The position numbers were made by a program, and so were the translations under genes. From Mustelus asterias (lineage: Eukaryota), in assembly GCF_964213995.1 (NCBI RefSeq), contig NC_135808.1, positions 12,090,001-12,154,000 on the forward strand: DNA of 64,000 bases, written 5' to 3'. This document shows positions 47,511 to 59,512 of this stretch, piece after piece (position 1 is the first letter of the stretch; every line of letters begins with the position of its first letter). The notes below the pieces were generated by a model that saw only the letters and a list, made by a program, of their open reading frames with translations, had not been told where the DNA came from and searched no databases.

Positions 47511-49895
47511 CTCAATTAGATTCCAGTCTGTAACTCACTCCCAGGGATCCATTCTTCTCTATATAAACCATCAGAACCCCTCGATTAGATTCCAGTCTGT
47601 AACCCACTTCCAGGTATCCATTATTCTGTATGTAAACCATCCGAACCCCTCGGTTAGATTCTAGTCTGTAATTAACTCCGAGATATCCACTATTCTATAT
47701 ATAACCATCTGAACCCCTCGATTAGATTCCAGTCAGTAACACAGACCTCATGCCATTATTCCAGATATAAACCATCTGAACCCCTCGATTAGATTCCAGT
47801 CTGTAATTCATTCCCAGGTATCCATTATTCTATATATAAACCATCTGAACGTCTTGATTTGATTCCAGTCTGTCACCCATTCCCAGGGATCCATTCTTTT
47901 ATATGTCAAACTTCCGAACCTCTCGATTATATTCCAGGCTGCAACTCACTCCCAAGTATCTATTATTCTGTCTATAATCCATTTGAACCCCCGATTAGAT
48001 TCCAGTCTGTAACTCACTCCCAGGTATCCATTATTCTATATATAAACCATCTGAACCCCTTGATTAGATTCCAGTCTGTAACTCACTCCCAGGTATCCAT
48101 TATTCTATATATAAACCATCTGAACCTCTTGATTAGATTCCAGTCTGTAACTCACTCCCAGGTATCCATTATTCTATATATAAACCATCTGAACCCCTCG
48201 ATTAGATTCCAGTCTGTAACTCACTCCCAGGTATCCATTATTCTATATATAAACCATCTGAATCTCTTGATTAGATTCCAGTCTGTAACTCACTCCCAGG
48301 TATCCATTATTCTATATATAAACCATCTGAACCCCTTGATTAGATTCCAGTCTGTAACTCACTCCCAGGTATCCATTATTCTATATATAAACCATCTGAA
48401 CCCCTCGATTAGATTCCAGTCTGTAACTCACTCCCAGGTATCCATTATTCTATATATAAACCATCTGAACCTCTTGATTAGATTCCAGTCTGTAACTCAC
48501 TCCCAGGTATCCATTATTCTATATATAAACCATCTGAACCCCTTGATTAGATTCCAGTCTGTAACTCACTCCCAGGTATCCATTATTCTATATATAAACC
48601 ATCTGAACCTCTTGATTAGATTCCAGTCTGTAACTCACTCCCAGCTATCCATTATTCTATATATAAACCATCTGAACCTCTTGATTAGATTCCAGTCTGT
48701 AACTCACTCCCAGGTATCCATTATTCTATATATAAACCATCTGAACCCCTTGATTAGATTCCAGTCTGTAACTCACTCCCAGGTATCCATTATTCTATAT
48801 ATAAACCATCTGAACCTCTTGATTAGATTCCAGTCTGTAACTCACTCCCAGGTATCCATTATTCTATATATAAACCATCTGAACCCCTTGATTAGATTCC
48901 AGTCTGTAACTCACTCCCAGGTATCCATTATTCTACATAGAAACTATCTGAACCCCTCAACTGAATTCCAGTCTGTAACTCATATAAATCATAGAAGAAA
49001 TCATAGAAACCCTACAGTACAGAAAGAGGCCATTCGGCCCATTGAGTCTGCACCGACCACAATCCCACCCAGGCCCTACCCCCATATCTACCCACTAATC
49101 CCTCCACCCTACACATCTCAGGACACTAAGGGCAATTTTCAGCATGGCCAATCAACCTAACCCGCACATCTTTGGACTGTGGGAGGAAACCGGGGCACCC
49201 GGAGGAAACCCACGCAGACACGAGGAGAATGTGCAAACTCCACACAGACAGTGACCCAAGCCGGGAATCGAACCCAGCTCCCTGGAGATGTGAAGCAGCA
49301 GTACTAACCACTGTGCTACCGTGCCGCCCTCATGCCGTACTCATTCCCAAGTATCCATTATTCTGCGTATAAACCATCTGAACCCCTCGATTAGATTCCA
49401 GTCTGCAACTCACTCCCAGGTCTCCATTATTCTATATATAAACCATCTGAACCCCTTGATTAGATTCCAATCTGTAACTCACTCCCAGGTATCCATTATT
49501 CCACATACAGATCATCTGAACCCCGCAATTAGATTCCAGTCTGTAACTCACTCCCATGGATCCATTATTCTATATATAAACCATCTGGACCCCTCGATTA
49601 GATTTCAATTTATAACTCACTCCCAGGTATATATTATTCTACATATAAATCGTCTGAACCCCTCAATTAGATTGCAGTCTGTAACTCATTCCCAGGTATC
49701 CATTATTCTATATATAAACCATCCAAACCCCTCGATTAGATTCCAGTCTGTAACTCACTCCCAGGTATCCATTATTCTATAAATAAACCATTTGAACCCT
49801 TGATTAGATTCCAGTCTGTAATGAACTACCAGGTAAACATTGATCCATGTATAAATTTGAACCCCTCGATTAGTTTTCTCTCAGTAACTCACTCC
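47511..49895 (+). repeat. 69-bp satellite, 3' part, ~30 units (intron 2 of copy D), interrupted by a SINE
   Basis: Same unit; highly homogeneous block at ~47990-48930. Confidence 0.95.
48984..49329 (-). mobile_element. Full-length HE1-type SINE inside the 69-bp satellite
   Basis: Reverse complement shows head, core and tail. Confidence 0.92.
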
Positions 49896-51482
49896 TTGCT
49901 CTCTTATATTTTATCAGAAACCATTGGTATAATTTTACTGTGTTCAGCTGTAACTCACTCCCACACGCCGAATATTCCATCAAACAGCTGATCGTGCAGT
50001 GAATGGGCAGAGGCCAGGGACACTGGGATTACAGACATTGTTTATTCCGCTCTGTATTCAATCTGTTCCAGACTGAAGTTGAGAGACTGAGAAATGAAAT
50101 CCGCAGTGAATTTGAAAAGATGCACAAGTTCCTGTTTGAGAAGGAAGAGCTGATGAAAACAGAGTTGGAGCGAAAAAGCAATAAAATATTTGAGGAAATG
50201 GAGAACAATTTAAAGAAAACCTTGGATGAAATGTCTTCTGTTGAAGGAGCAATAAGAGATCTTCAATCCAGGCTGGAGATACAAGAGGCTCCAGAGTTCC
50301 TCAAGGTACAAAACCTCTTTGCCTTGTCCAGGAGAATATTGGGGGACTGAGGGCTGACACACTGACCTTTAACCTCTGGGCCTGGGTTTGGCCTCAGTCT
50401 GATTGGGTGGATGATTATCTCTTGCTGCTGTCAGTGAGGGTGCAATGGGAGATGGGGTGAGGTAATCTCAGTGTGATTCCTATACACAGTGTAACCACAG
50501 CACTGAGTGATGTTTGGATTCAGAGAGAACTGTGCTGGTAGCTGGAGGGATTTACACTGGGGCAGATGGGGCTGTTCTGAGGATGGGGTTAAGGGGCATT
50601 GTTGAAGTGTAGAAGGTAGATCTTTATTGTGCTGCGGGTTCTGCTGTTCCTGACCCTGCAAACGCTTGATTCAACTGAAGACACAGCCAGCAATGGGGTT
50701 GGGATTGAAATCGAGGATTCAGAGAAGACACAAATTAGAGGAGTGCAGATGTCTCCGAGCGTTGTGGAGCTGGAGGAGATCACAGACACAGAGTGAGGCC
50801 AGGGAGGAATTTGAAAACGAGGTTGAGAATGTTTTCAATGAATACGTTGTTGAGCTGGGAGCCAGTGGAGGTCACCAAGCACCGGGGTGATGGGGGCTAC
50901 GATCAGATAGATAAGAATGTAAGCTGCTGAGGACAGAACATCCAGCTGGACATGGGCACCGGGAGGGGTGGTTGGGTGATCAGGAATATTTGGGAATAGA
51001 ATAGAGGGACACAAGAGATGGGTCACATGGAGATAATGAGCTCAGAGTGGGAATGAAAGGAAAAGCTATTTCCTCGGTGTCTCCATTCTGTTCCCCCCTC
51101 ATAATTTCTCCGAGATTTACAGCAACAGATCTTTAATCTGAGCTCAGGAACAGAGGAATTAGGAGCAGGAGTCGGCAATTCAGCCCTTCGATCCTGCTCT
51201 GCCATCCAATCAGATCATGGCTGATCTCTCCCTGGTCCCAAATCCACCTCCCCACCTGTTCCCCATATCCCTTTAACCCGTTTTTTAAATCAGAAATATA
51301 TCCATCTCCTTGAAACTATTTAATGATTCCGACTCCACCGCGCCACGGGGCAGCGAGTTACACAGATTTACCCCCCTCGGCGAGAAGTCGTTCCTCCTCA
51401 TCTCAGTTTTAAATCTACCGCCTCTCAACCTATACCTGTGACCCCTTGTTCTAATCAGACTCAATAATATCCATTCTGTTTC

Positions 51483-52416
51483 GTGGAGAAATTCTTCCGG
51501 AAACACACCTTTGACCACATGGCCATCAAGCAGTGGTCAGCACGTAATGTCCTTGAGGCCCTGAGAGAAAAGGAGACGGCAGATCCTGTCGGATGGTTCC
51601 CTGAGCGGACTGTCAATGTCATTTGGCAGAATGCCTCATCACCAGAACGCACAAACAAGCACCAAGACCTGGCTTGGCTGGTGGTGAGAAGGGCACTCCC
51701 CGTCAGATCCTTTATGCACGCTCGAGGTCTCAACCTCACCGCACGCTGCCCTCGAAGCGGCTGCGGGGGTGATGAGACGGTCGCACACCTCCTTGTGGAA
51801 TGTGCCTTTGCAAAGAAGGTCTGGAGTGAGATGTAGTGGTATTTGTCGCGGTTCGTACCGAGCAGCTCGGTGACGCAGGACTCTGTGCTCTACGGGCTGT
51901 TTGCGGGGACGCACACCGAGACAAATATCAACTGCTGCTGGAGGGTCATCAACTCGGTGAAGGACGCGCTTTGGTCCGCCCGAAACACGCTGATCTTCCA
52001 GTTGAAAGATTTGTCCTCGACTGAGTGTTGCAGACTGGCACATTCCAAGGTCCAGGACTACATGCTCAGGGACGCGCTCAAGCTTGGGGCAGCCAGCGCA
52101 AAGGCACAATGGGGAAAGGCCACCGTGTAAAGCCTTTCAACCGAGGCAGACCGAGGGCCCGGTAACTGTAGAATGCCCTCGGCCTGCGTAACTGTGTGCC
52201 AACCTGAAAAATAACGGCACACAGTAAACTCTGACACATGTATATAGTTTTAAGAAATGAAATGTAACAAAATGTAATGTTTTGTAAATAAGCACAGTAT
52301 TGTACTGTTAAAATGATTCTTTTTTGCACTGTTTATGACTTTTGGATCTGTAATTTTGCAATGTTTTATTGGAGAGTTTTTTTTTGTGAATAAAGTATAT
52401 TTTTGAAATTAAAAAA
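51483..52416 (+). mobile_element. 5'-truncated Tx1/L1-clade LINE (ORF2 C-terminus with zinc knuckle, 3' UTR, polyA)
   Basis: Translation ..AWLVVRRALPV..RCPRSGCGGDETVAHLLVEC..KVW..LWSARN.. with one internal stop; AATAAA at 52389-94 plus an A-tail; 20-bp TSD AATAATATCCATTCTGTTTC at 51463-51482 and 52417-52436. Confidence 0.88.
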
Positions 52417-55400
52417 AATAATATCCATTCTGTTTCTGTCTCCTCAGGATATACAAGACCTTGTGAAGAGGTAAGCAGATTTAAAGGAACAGTTTTGCGA
52501 TGTGATCGCTGCTGTCTCTCTCACACAGACTGATTTGTGGACCTGTTTTTACAGGAGTCAGATGGAGTTTCACGAGGCTGGAACTGTCTCCACTCAGTTA
52601 CCTGTGGGTATCGATGGTGGACCATTCAAATACATCAATGTGTGGAGGGAAATGAGAGCAGTGATTTCACCAGGTATCATTCTCTGTATATTGCCATCTC
52701 CGTACTGTTATCCACGTGACTAATGGGCTTTGACACACTGATGGAATGACCATAAGAAAGAAGAGCAGCAGTGATCCAGCCCAGTGAACCTGCTCTGTTT
52801 TTGGATAAGATTATGACTGATCTGCTTGTGGCCTTCACTCTACTTACCCCCCGCCCCCCCCCCCCCACCACCACCCCACGTAACCCTTAACCCCCTTGTT
52901 GATCAAAAATCTATCCAACTCAGCCTTGTAGTCAATGAGCAGCCTCCACTGCTCTCTCTGTGGAAGAGAATTCCAAAGACTAATGACCCTCTCAGAGGAG
53001 AAATTCCTCCTCATCACCATCTTATATCACCCTTTTATTGAAGCTTTGCCGCCCAGATCTAGATTTCCCCAGGAGATGAAACACCCTCCCAGCATCTACC
53101 CTGTCAAAGGGACCCCCTCAGAATCTCACATGTTTCAAGAAGATCACCTCTTATTCTTCTAAACTTCAATGAGTTTTGACCAACTTGCTCAACCTTTCCT
53201 CAGAAGACAATCTATTCATCTTCGGAATCTATCCAGTGAAGCTTCTCTGAACTGCGTCCAATGAAAGTATCTCCCTCCTGATGTAAGGTGACCAAATCTG
53301 TACACAATACTCAAGCTGCAGTTTCACCAGTGAACACAGGAGGAGATCATTCGGCCCATTGTGTTCCTGCTGGCTCGCTGCAAGACAATTCACCTGCTCC
53401 CACTCCTCCACCTTCTCTCTCTCACTCTGCAGATATTTCCTCTTCAGATAATGATCCCATTCTCTTCAAAAGCTGAGATTGAATCTGATTCCACCACAGT
53501 GCGTTCCACACCCTAAACACTGGCTGTGTGAAAAGGTTTCTCCTCGCGTTACTGTGGCTTCCTTTGTCAATCACTTCAATTCTCTCTCCTCTGGTTCTCC
53601 ATCCTTCCACCAATGGGAACAGTTTCTCCCGATCTACTCTGTCCAGCCCCCTCATGAATTTCAACATCTCTTTCTAATCTCCTCTTAGCCATCTCAGCTC
53701 CATGTAGAACTGCCTCAGTTTCACCAATTTATCTACATACCTGAAGTTCCTATCCCTGGAACCGTTCTGGTAAATCTTTCTGCACTGCATCTCATAACTT
53801 CACATTCCAGAAGTGTGGCTCCCAGAACTGGACACAATACTCCAATTCGGACTGAACCAGTGTTTTGTGCAGATATAGTATAATCTTCTTGCTTTTTACT
53901 CCCTATTCCCTATTAATACAGCTCAGGATGCTGTTGCTTTATTAACCGTGCTCTCAACCTGCCCTGTAATCCGCAGATTGTGAAATGATGCCCTGTACAT
54001 CAAGGTTTAGTCATTAATATACATCAGGAAGAGGCGGGATCCTAACACTGACCCTGTGGACCCCCCCACTATATATCTCCCCCTGTCTGAAGAAACAGCT
54101 GTCCACCACTTCTCTCAGTTTGCTGTCTCTCGATCAGTTTCAGATCCATGTTGCTGCTGTCCTCATTATTCTGTACATTTTCTATCTTTCTGTCTGTTAG
54201 TGGCAGGTCAGAGTTCTGTTCGTCAATATTCCTCACAAACTGGTTCCGAGTGAGTTCCACTGGTTTTGAGTGAATACCAATAATTCCACGTAGGAGTTGA
54301 AGAAGAGTTGGAGAGCTCGCCCCCCTGGCCTGAGATCTCAGAGGGGTTGCAGGGCTGGAGGAGGTGACAGAGATACAGAGAGGGGAGGATGTGGAGACAC
54401 GGGAGTCAGAATATTAAGTTTGAGAAGTTGCAGGGCCAGAACGTGATGTGGGTCTGGGAGTATGGGAGGGGGAATGGGTGAATGGGCCTTGAGCGAATGG
54501 AGAGAAATTCCTTCAGATGCTCTGTCCCTGAGGTTCTCCAGTTCCTGGGCTGAGGAAAGTGGGGATGTCCTATCACCTTCTGTACACGTCTCGTGATTCA
54601 CTCCTGTTTTTCTTATAGTAACAGCTTCCCATTTATGTTCTCTTCCAGTTCCAGCATCTCTCACCCTGGATCCAATCACAGCAAACAACCGACTCATCAT
54701 TTCCCAGGATCAGATCAGTGTGAGGTTTGTGGACAGGGTGCTTCTTATTTTTTTTTATCAACTGGTAAGATTTAATGAAAAATTGTATGTTTTGAACTGC
54801 CAAGGTTTCATATCAGGGAGACATTACTGGGAGGTGGGGCTTGGAAACAAGACTGACTGTGTAGTGGGTGTCTGCAGAGAGTCTGTCAACAGGAAAGGAA
54901 AGTTCATTCCTTCAACTGAGAATGGATTCTGGGTCATCGGCTGGTGTCCTCACTGCAAATTATTGAAAATCCCGGATGTCATCTCCCAGCTGAAAGTGAA
55001 ACCCCGGAAGTTAGGAATTTCCCTGGATTATGAGGGGGGACAGGTGTCATTTTGCGATGCTGAGGACATGTCTCACCTGTACACATTCACTGACACATTC
55101 ACCGAGAAACTCTACCCCATCTTTAATCCTTGTGATCATGACGCTGGTGATAACTCTGAGCCACTCACACTGCTCACTCGCTAACACACTCAGACATGGT
55201 TTTTGATGTCAGGATGGTGCTGTGTGCTGTCTAACCCACTGCCCAAGCAAGTCACATTGTCCCAATTCTCTGCTGCGCGATATTGGGGAGTGTGGCCGGG
55301 TGTTTGAGTGTGTTTGCAGTTTGGAGTTTACTGTAAAGTTAACTCAGCTTCTCAAACTGTCCCGATCTCAATCTGTGACAACCCAGACACATTGGGCTGT

Positions 55401-57106
55401 AATACAATGAATTGTGGTAACTGTGCCCAGTCCCGAACAATTCATTGTAAAGCCATTTCCATTTGCTCCATTTAATTAAGGTTTTATTTGCAGACTGGAC
55501 TGTGCAGATTGTTGATTCAGAGAATGTGCAGAATGAATTAGGAATAAGAATGTCAGAATAGGTTCTGGAGGAGGACATATCAACATCAACTCCACTTTCC
55601 CACCCTATCCCTTCACTCCCTTTGTAGACAAGAAGATATCGATCTCTGGGTTGAATATTCTCACTGACAGCTCACCGAGGTAGAGAATCCCAAAGATTCA
55701 CAACTCTCTCTGAGTGAAGACATTTCTCCTCGTCTCAGTCTTAAATGGCCGACCCCTTATCCTGATTCTGTGACTCCGAGTTCTAGAGCAGTCTCAGCAT
55801 CAACCCTGTCAGGATCCCGAACAATTGTGTCTGTCTCAATAAGATCACCCCTTATTCTTCTAAACTTTAAAGATTACAGATCCATTGTACTCACTCTCTC
55901 CTCATATAGAGTCAGAACAACCCTTTCACCCCAAGAATCTATTCAGTGAACCTTCATTGCAGCCTCGAAGGTAAGTCTAGGTTTCCTTAGGTAAGGCGAC
56001 TAAAACTGTGCCCAGTCCCCCAACTGTGACCACACCCAGTCGCTGTTTCATTGCAGCAAGACTTATACTCTTATACATCAGCCCCATTGTAATAAAGGCG
56101 AACATAACATTTACCGTCCTAATTGTTCACTGTATCTGCTTGTTAACTTTCTCTGCTTCACCCCAAATCCCTCTGACTCCCAACATTTACAAGTCTCCCA
56201 TCTTTCAAATAAATTATCCTGATATCCTCATCGAGTCATAGAGGTTTACAGCATGGAAACAGGCCCTTCGGCCCAACCTGTCCATGCCGCCCAGTTTTTA
56301 CCACTAAGCGAGTCCCAATTGCCCCCATTTGGCCCATATCCCTCTATACACATCTTATCCATGTAACTGTCCAAAAGCTTTTTAAAAGACAAATTGTACC
56401 ACCTCTACTACTGCCTCTGGCAGCTTGTTCCAGACACTCACCACCCTCTGAGTGAGAACAACTGCCCTTCTGGACACTTTTTTGTATCTCTCCCCTCACC
56501 TTAAACCTTTGCCCTCTCGTTTTAGACTCCCCTAAAATTGAGAAAAGACGTTGACTATCTAACTGATCTATGCCCTCATTATTTTATAGACCTCTATAAG
56601 GTCACCCCTCAGCCTCCTGGGCTCCAGGGAAACAAGTCCCAGTCTATCCAGCCTCTCCTAATAACTCAAACCATCAAGTCAGAGCAAAGAGGATAATTGT
56701 ACAAAAGAGATCGGGGCAGTGAGATGCTCCAGTCTGTCCCACCGTTCAGTTGGATCATCGCTGATCTGTATCGAAACCACATTTACTGACTTTGGTTTTA
56801 TAGTGCCGGAGCCTTTGTGTGAAGAAGCTTTTCCTGAAATCCCCCCCTTGAACTCCCTCATCCTGATGGGCACTTTTCCCATGTTGGCAGGAAGGGCTTT
56901 ACATGGAGCAGCCCCGCCATCTGCTGGCAGTGCTGTGAATGGCCACTTGCTCTGTCAGCTGCCTTTAAACTGGAGGCTGGATTTAGTGAGGTCATCAATA
57001 TAAGATAGTCATTAACAAATCCAATCGGGAATTCGAGACCAACATCTTTACCCAGAGAGTGGTTAGAATGAGGAACTCCCTCCCATTCAAGGAGAACAGG
57101 AATGGG

Positions 57107-58124
57107 GAACAAAGAACAATACAGCACAGGAACAGGCCCTTCGGCCCTCCAAGCCCGCGCCACCCCCTGGTCCAAACGAGACCATTCTTTTGTATCCCTC
57201 CATTCCCACTCCGTTCATGTGACTATCTAGATAAGTCTTAAACATTCCCAGTGTGTCCGCTTCCACCACCTTGCCCGGCAGCGCATTCCAGGCGCATTCC
57301 AGGCGGCCACCACCCTCTGTGTAAAATACATTCTTCTGATATCCGTGTTAAACCTCCCCCCCGCCCCCCCCTCACCTTGAACCTATGACCCCTCGTGAAC
57401 GTCACCACCGACCTGGGAAAAAGCTTCCCACCGTTCACTCTATCTATGCCTTTCATAATTTTATACGCCTCTATTAGGTCACCCCTCATCCTCCGTCTTT
57501 CCAGTGAGAACAACCCCAGTTTACCCAATCTCTCCTCATAACTAAGCCCTTCCATACCAGACAACATCCTGGTAAACCTCCTCTGCACTCTCTCTAAAGC
57601 CCTTCCCTCGTCAACCATTCTAGTCACTTCTTCAAAAAACTCCACCAGGTTAGTGAGGCATGACCTCCCTCTCACAAAGCCATGCTGACTATCGTGAATG
57701 AGTTTATTCCTTTCTAAATGCGCATACATCCTATCTCTGAGAATCCTCTCCAACAACTTCCCTACCACGGACGTCAAGCTCACCGGCCTATAATTTCCCG
57801 AGTTATCCTTCCTACCCTTCTTAAATAACGGGACCACATTAGCTATCCTCCAATCCTCTGGGACCTCACCTGTGTCCAGTGACAAGACAAAGATTTGCGT
57901 CAGAGGCCCAGCGATTTCATCTCTCGTCTCCCTGAGCAGCCTTGGATAGATTCCATCAGGCCCTGTCAGTCTTTATATTTCCTAAAAAACCTAACACTTC
58001 CTCCCTTGTAATGGAGATTTTCTCGAACGGGTCAACACTCCCCTCCGAGACACTCCCAGTCAACACATCCCTCTCCTTTGTGAGTACCGACGCAAAGTAT
58101 TCATTTAGGATCTCCCCTACTTCT
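57107..58124 (-). mobile_element. 5'-truncated, internally deleted CR1 (same family as 43466-47510)
   Basis: Minus strand reads EVGEILNEYFASV..PEDWRIANVVPLFKKG..VDEGRA|LERVQRRF.., with the tail at 57107. Confidence 0.92.
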
Positions 58125-58345
58125 GGAACTAAGAATTTACTGATGATCATGAAACCATTGTCGGAAAAACTCATCTGGTTCACGAATGTCCTTCAGGGAA
58201 GGAAATCTGCCGTCCTTGCCTGGTCTGGCCTACATGTGACTCCAGAGCCACAGCAATGTGGTTGACTCTCTATGGCTCTCCAAGTGCAACTATGGACGGG
58301 CAATAAATGCTGGCCAGCCAGCGACGCCCATGTACCATGAATGAA
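58125..58345 (+). mobile_element. SINE 3' part sharing its tail with the LINE at 19310-19555
   Basis: Non-coding body ending GGGCAATAAATGCTGGCCAGCCAGCGACGCCCA..ATGAATGAA. Confidence 0.65.
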
Positions 58346-58365
58346 AATAAGAAGCAGTTTGGTCT

Positions 58366-58606
58366 ATTGGGCCTGCACAGCAATCCCACCCAGGCCCTAT
58401 CCCAAAAACTCACATATCCCCCTGACTAAGGGGAAATTTAGCATAGCCAGTCCACCTAACCCACACAGCTTTGGAGTGTGGGAGGAAACCGGAGCACGTG
58501 GAGGAAATCCATACAGACACGGGGAGAACGTGCAAACTCCACCCGCGGCTGGAATTGAACCCGGGTCCCTGGTGAGGCAGCAGGGATAACCATTGTGCCA
58601 CCATGC
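58366..58606 (-). mobile_element. HE1-type SINE (decayed)
   Basis: Reverse complement shows V-core and head. Confidence 0.8.
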
Positions 58607-58786
58607 CACTGCTGCAGACCTGGCCCAGCAAAATCAAATCATTTGTGCCATTGTGGTTTCTCAAAGTGTGGGGTGGTCTGCCAACACCCAGCAGGGCAGC
58701 AACAGGACGGCTGGAGGCCAACAAGGTGAAAGAAGCCGGCTTGAGACCCGTGTCCAAAGCTGGTCTCCAACAGTTTGCTATCACAG

Positions 58787-59238
58787 AATTGTTACAGCAC
58801 AGTAGGAGGCCATTCGGCCCATTGTGTCTGCGCCAGTCTCTCCAAATGTGCATCATGACTTAGTGCCATTCCCCTGCCTTTTCCCCGTACCTCTGCGCAT
58901 TCAATAATCATCCAATGCCCTCTTGAATGTCTCGATTGAACCTGCCTCCACCACACTTCCAGGCAGAATATTCCCGACCCCAAACCACTCGCTGTGTGAA
59001 AAAGTTTCCTCTCACATCACGTTTACTTGTTTTACAAATAACTTTCAATCTGTGCCCTCGTGTTCTTGATCCTTTTATGGGAGGGAACAGTTTCTCCCGA
59101 CCTGCTCTGTCCCAGCCCCCTCGTCATTTTGAATATTTCCCTCTCATCTCCTCTCCACCTTCTCTCCAAGGAGAAAAGTCCTGACCTCTCCAATCAATCC
59201 TCATAACTGACGTTTCTGACCCCTTGAACCATTCTGCA
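58787..59238 (-). mobile_element. Decayed CR1 3' fragment
   Basis: CR1 tail GGCCATTCGGCCCAT and antisense RT C-terminal sequence. Confidence 0.75.
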
Positions 59239-59512
59239 GACAGAGAGGAACAGGCCGAATATGGGGTCTTCCAGTTTGGGCCAGATATCAACTCAATAAA
59301 GAGCAAATCTAACCTTCACAGTCATTCTGATGAGACCTTGCTTGGTGGAGGGTTGAAAGTGTGTGGAATGAGACTGGTAGGTGGCTCACATGGTCATTTG
59401 CCCCACTGAAATGCAGAGCCCAAAATGGAATTGGGTCTGGTTGTATAATATCAGAGATAGCGTAGCATGGACAATGACAACTTCTGCCGACTCCCTGTGA
59501 TGCTAGCTTCAC

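Larger units (their letters stand above)
41097..55184 (+). pseudogene. TRIM gene copy D, RING exon disrupted by a Penelope insertion (probable recent pseudogene)
   Basis: Exon 1 is split into 41097-41154 and 42045-42382 by an insertion adding 890 nt. Remaining exons 42780-42875, 50072-50305, 52448-52470, 52555-52673 and 54649-55184 have intact splice sites and no stops. Confidence 0.85.

Noticed and set aside
47859-49160. 433-aa repeat protein, or a CRISPR-like array
   Set aside because: Head-to-tail 69-bp satellite with no unique spacers, intronic and eukaryotic; no cas genes.
1-57100. The four units as a pure assembly duplication
   Set aside because: The copies have private TE insertions with TSDs and clustered coding differences, which is consistent with real paralogues.
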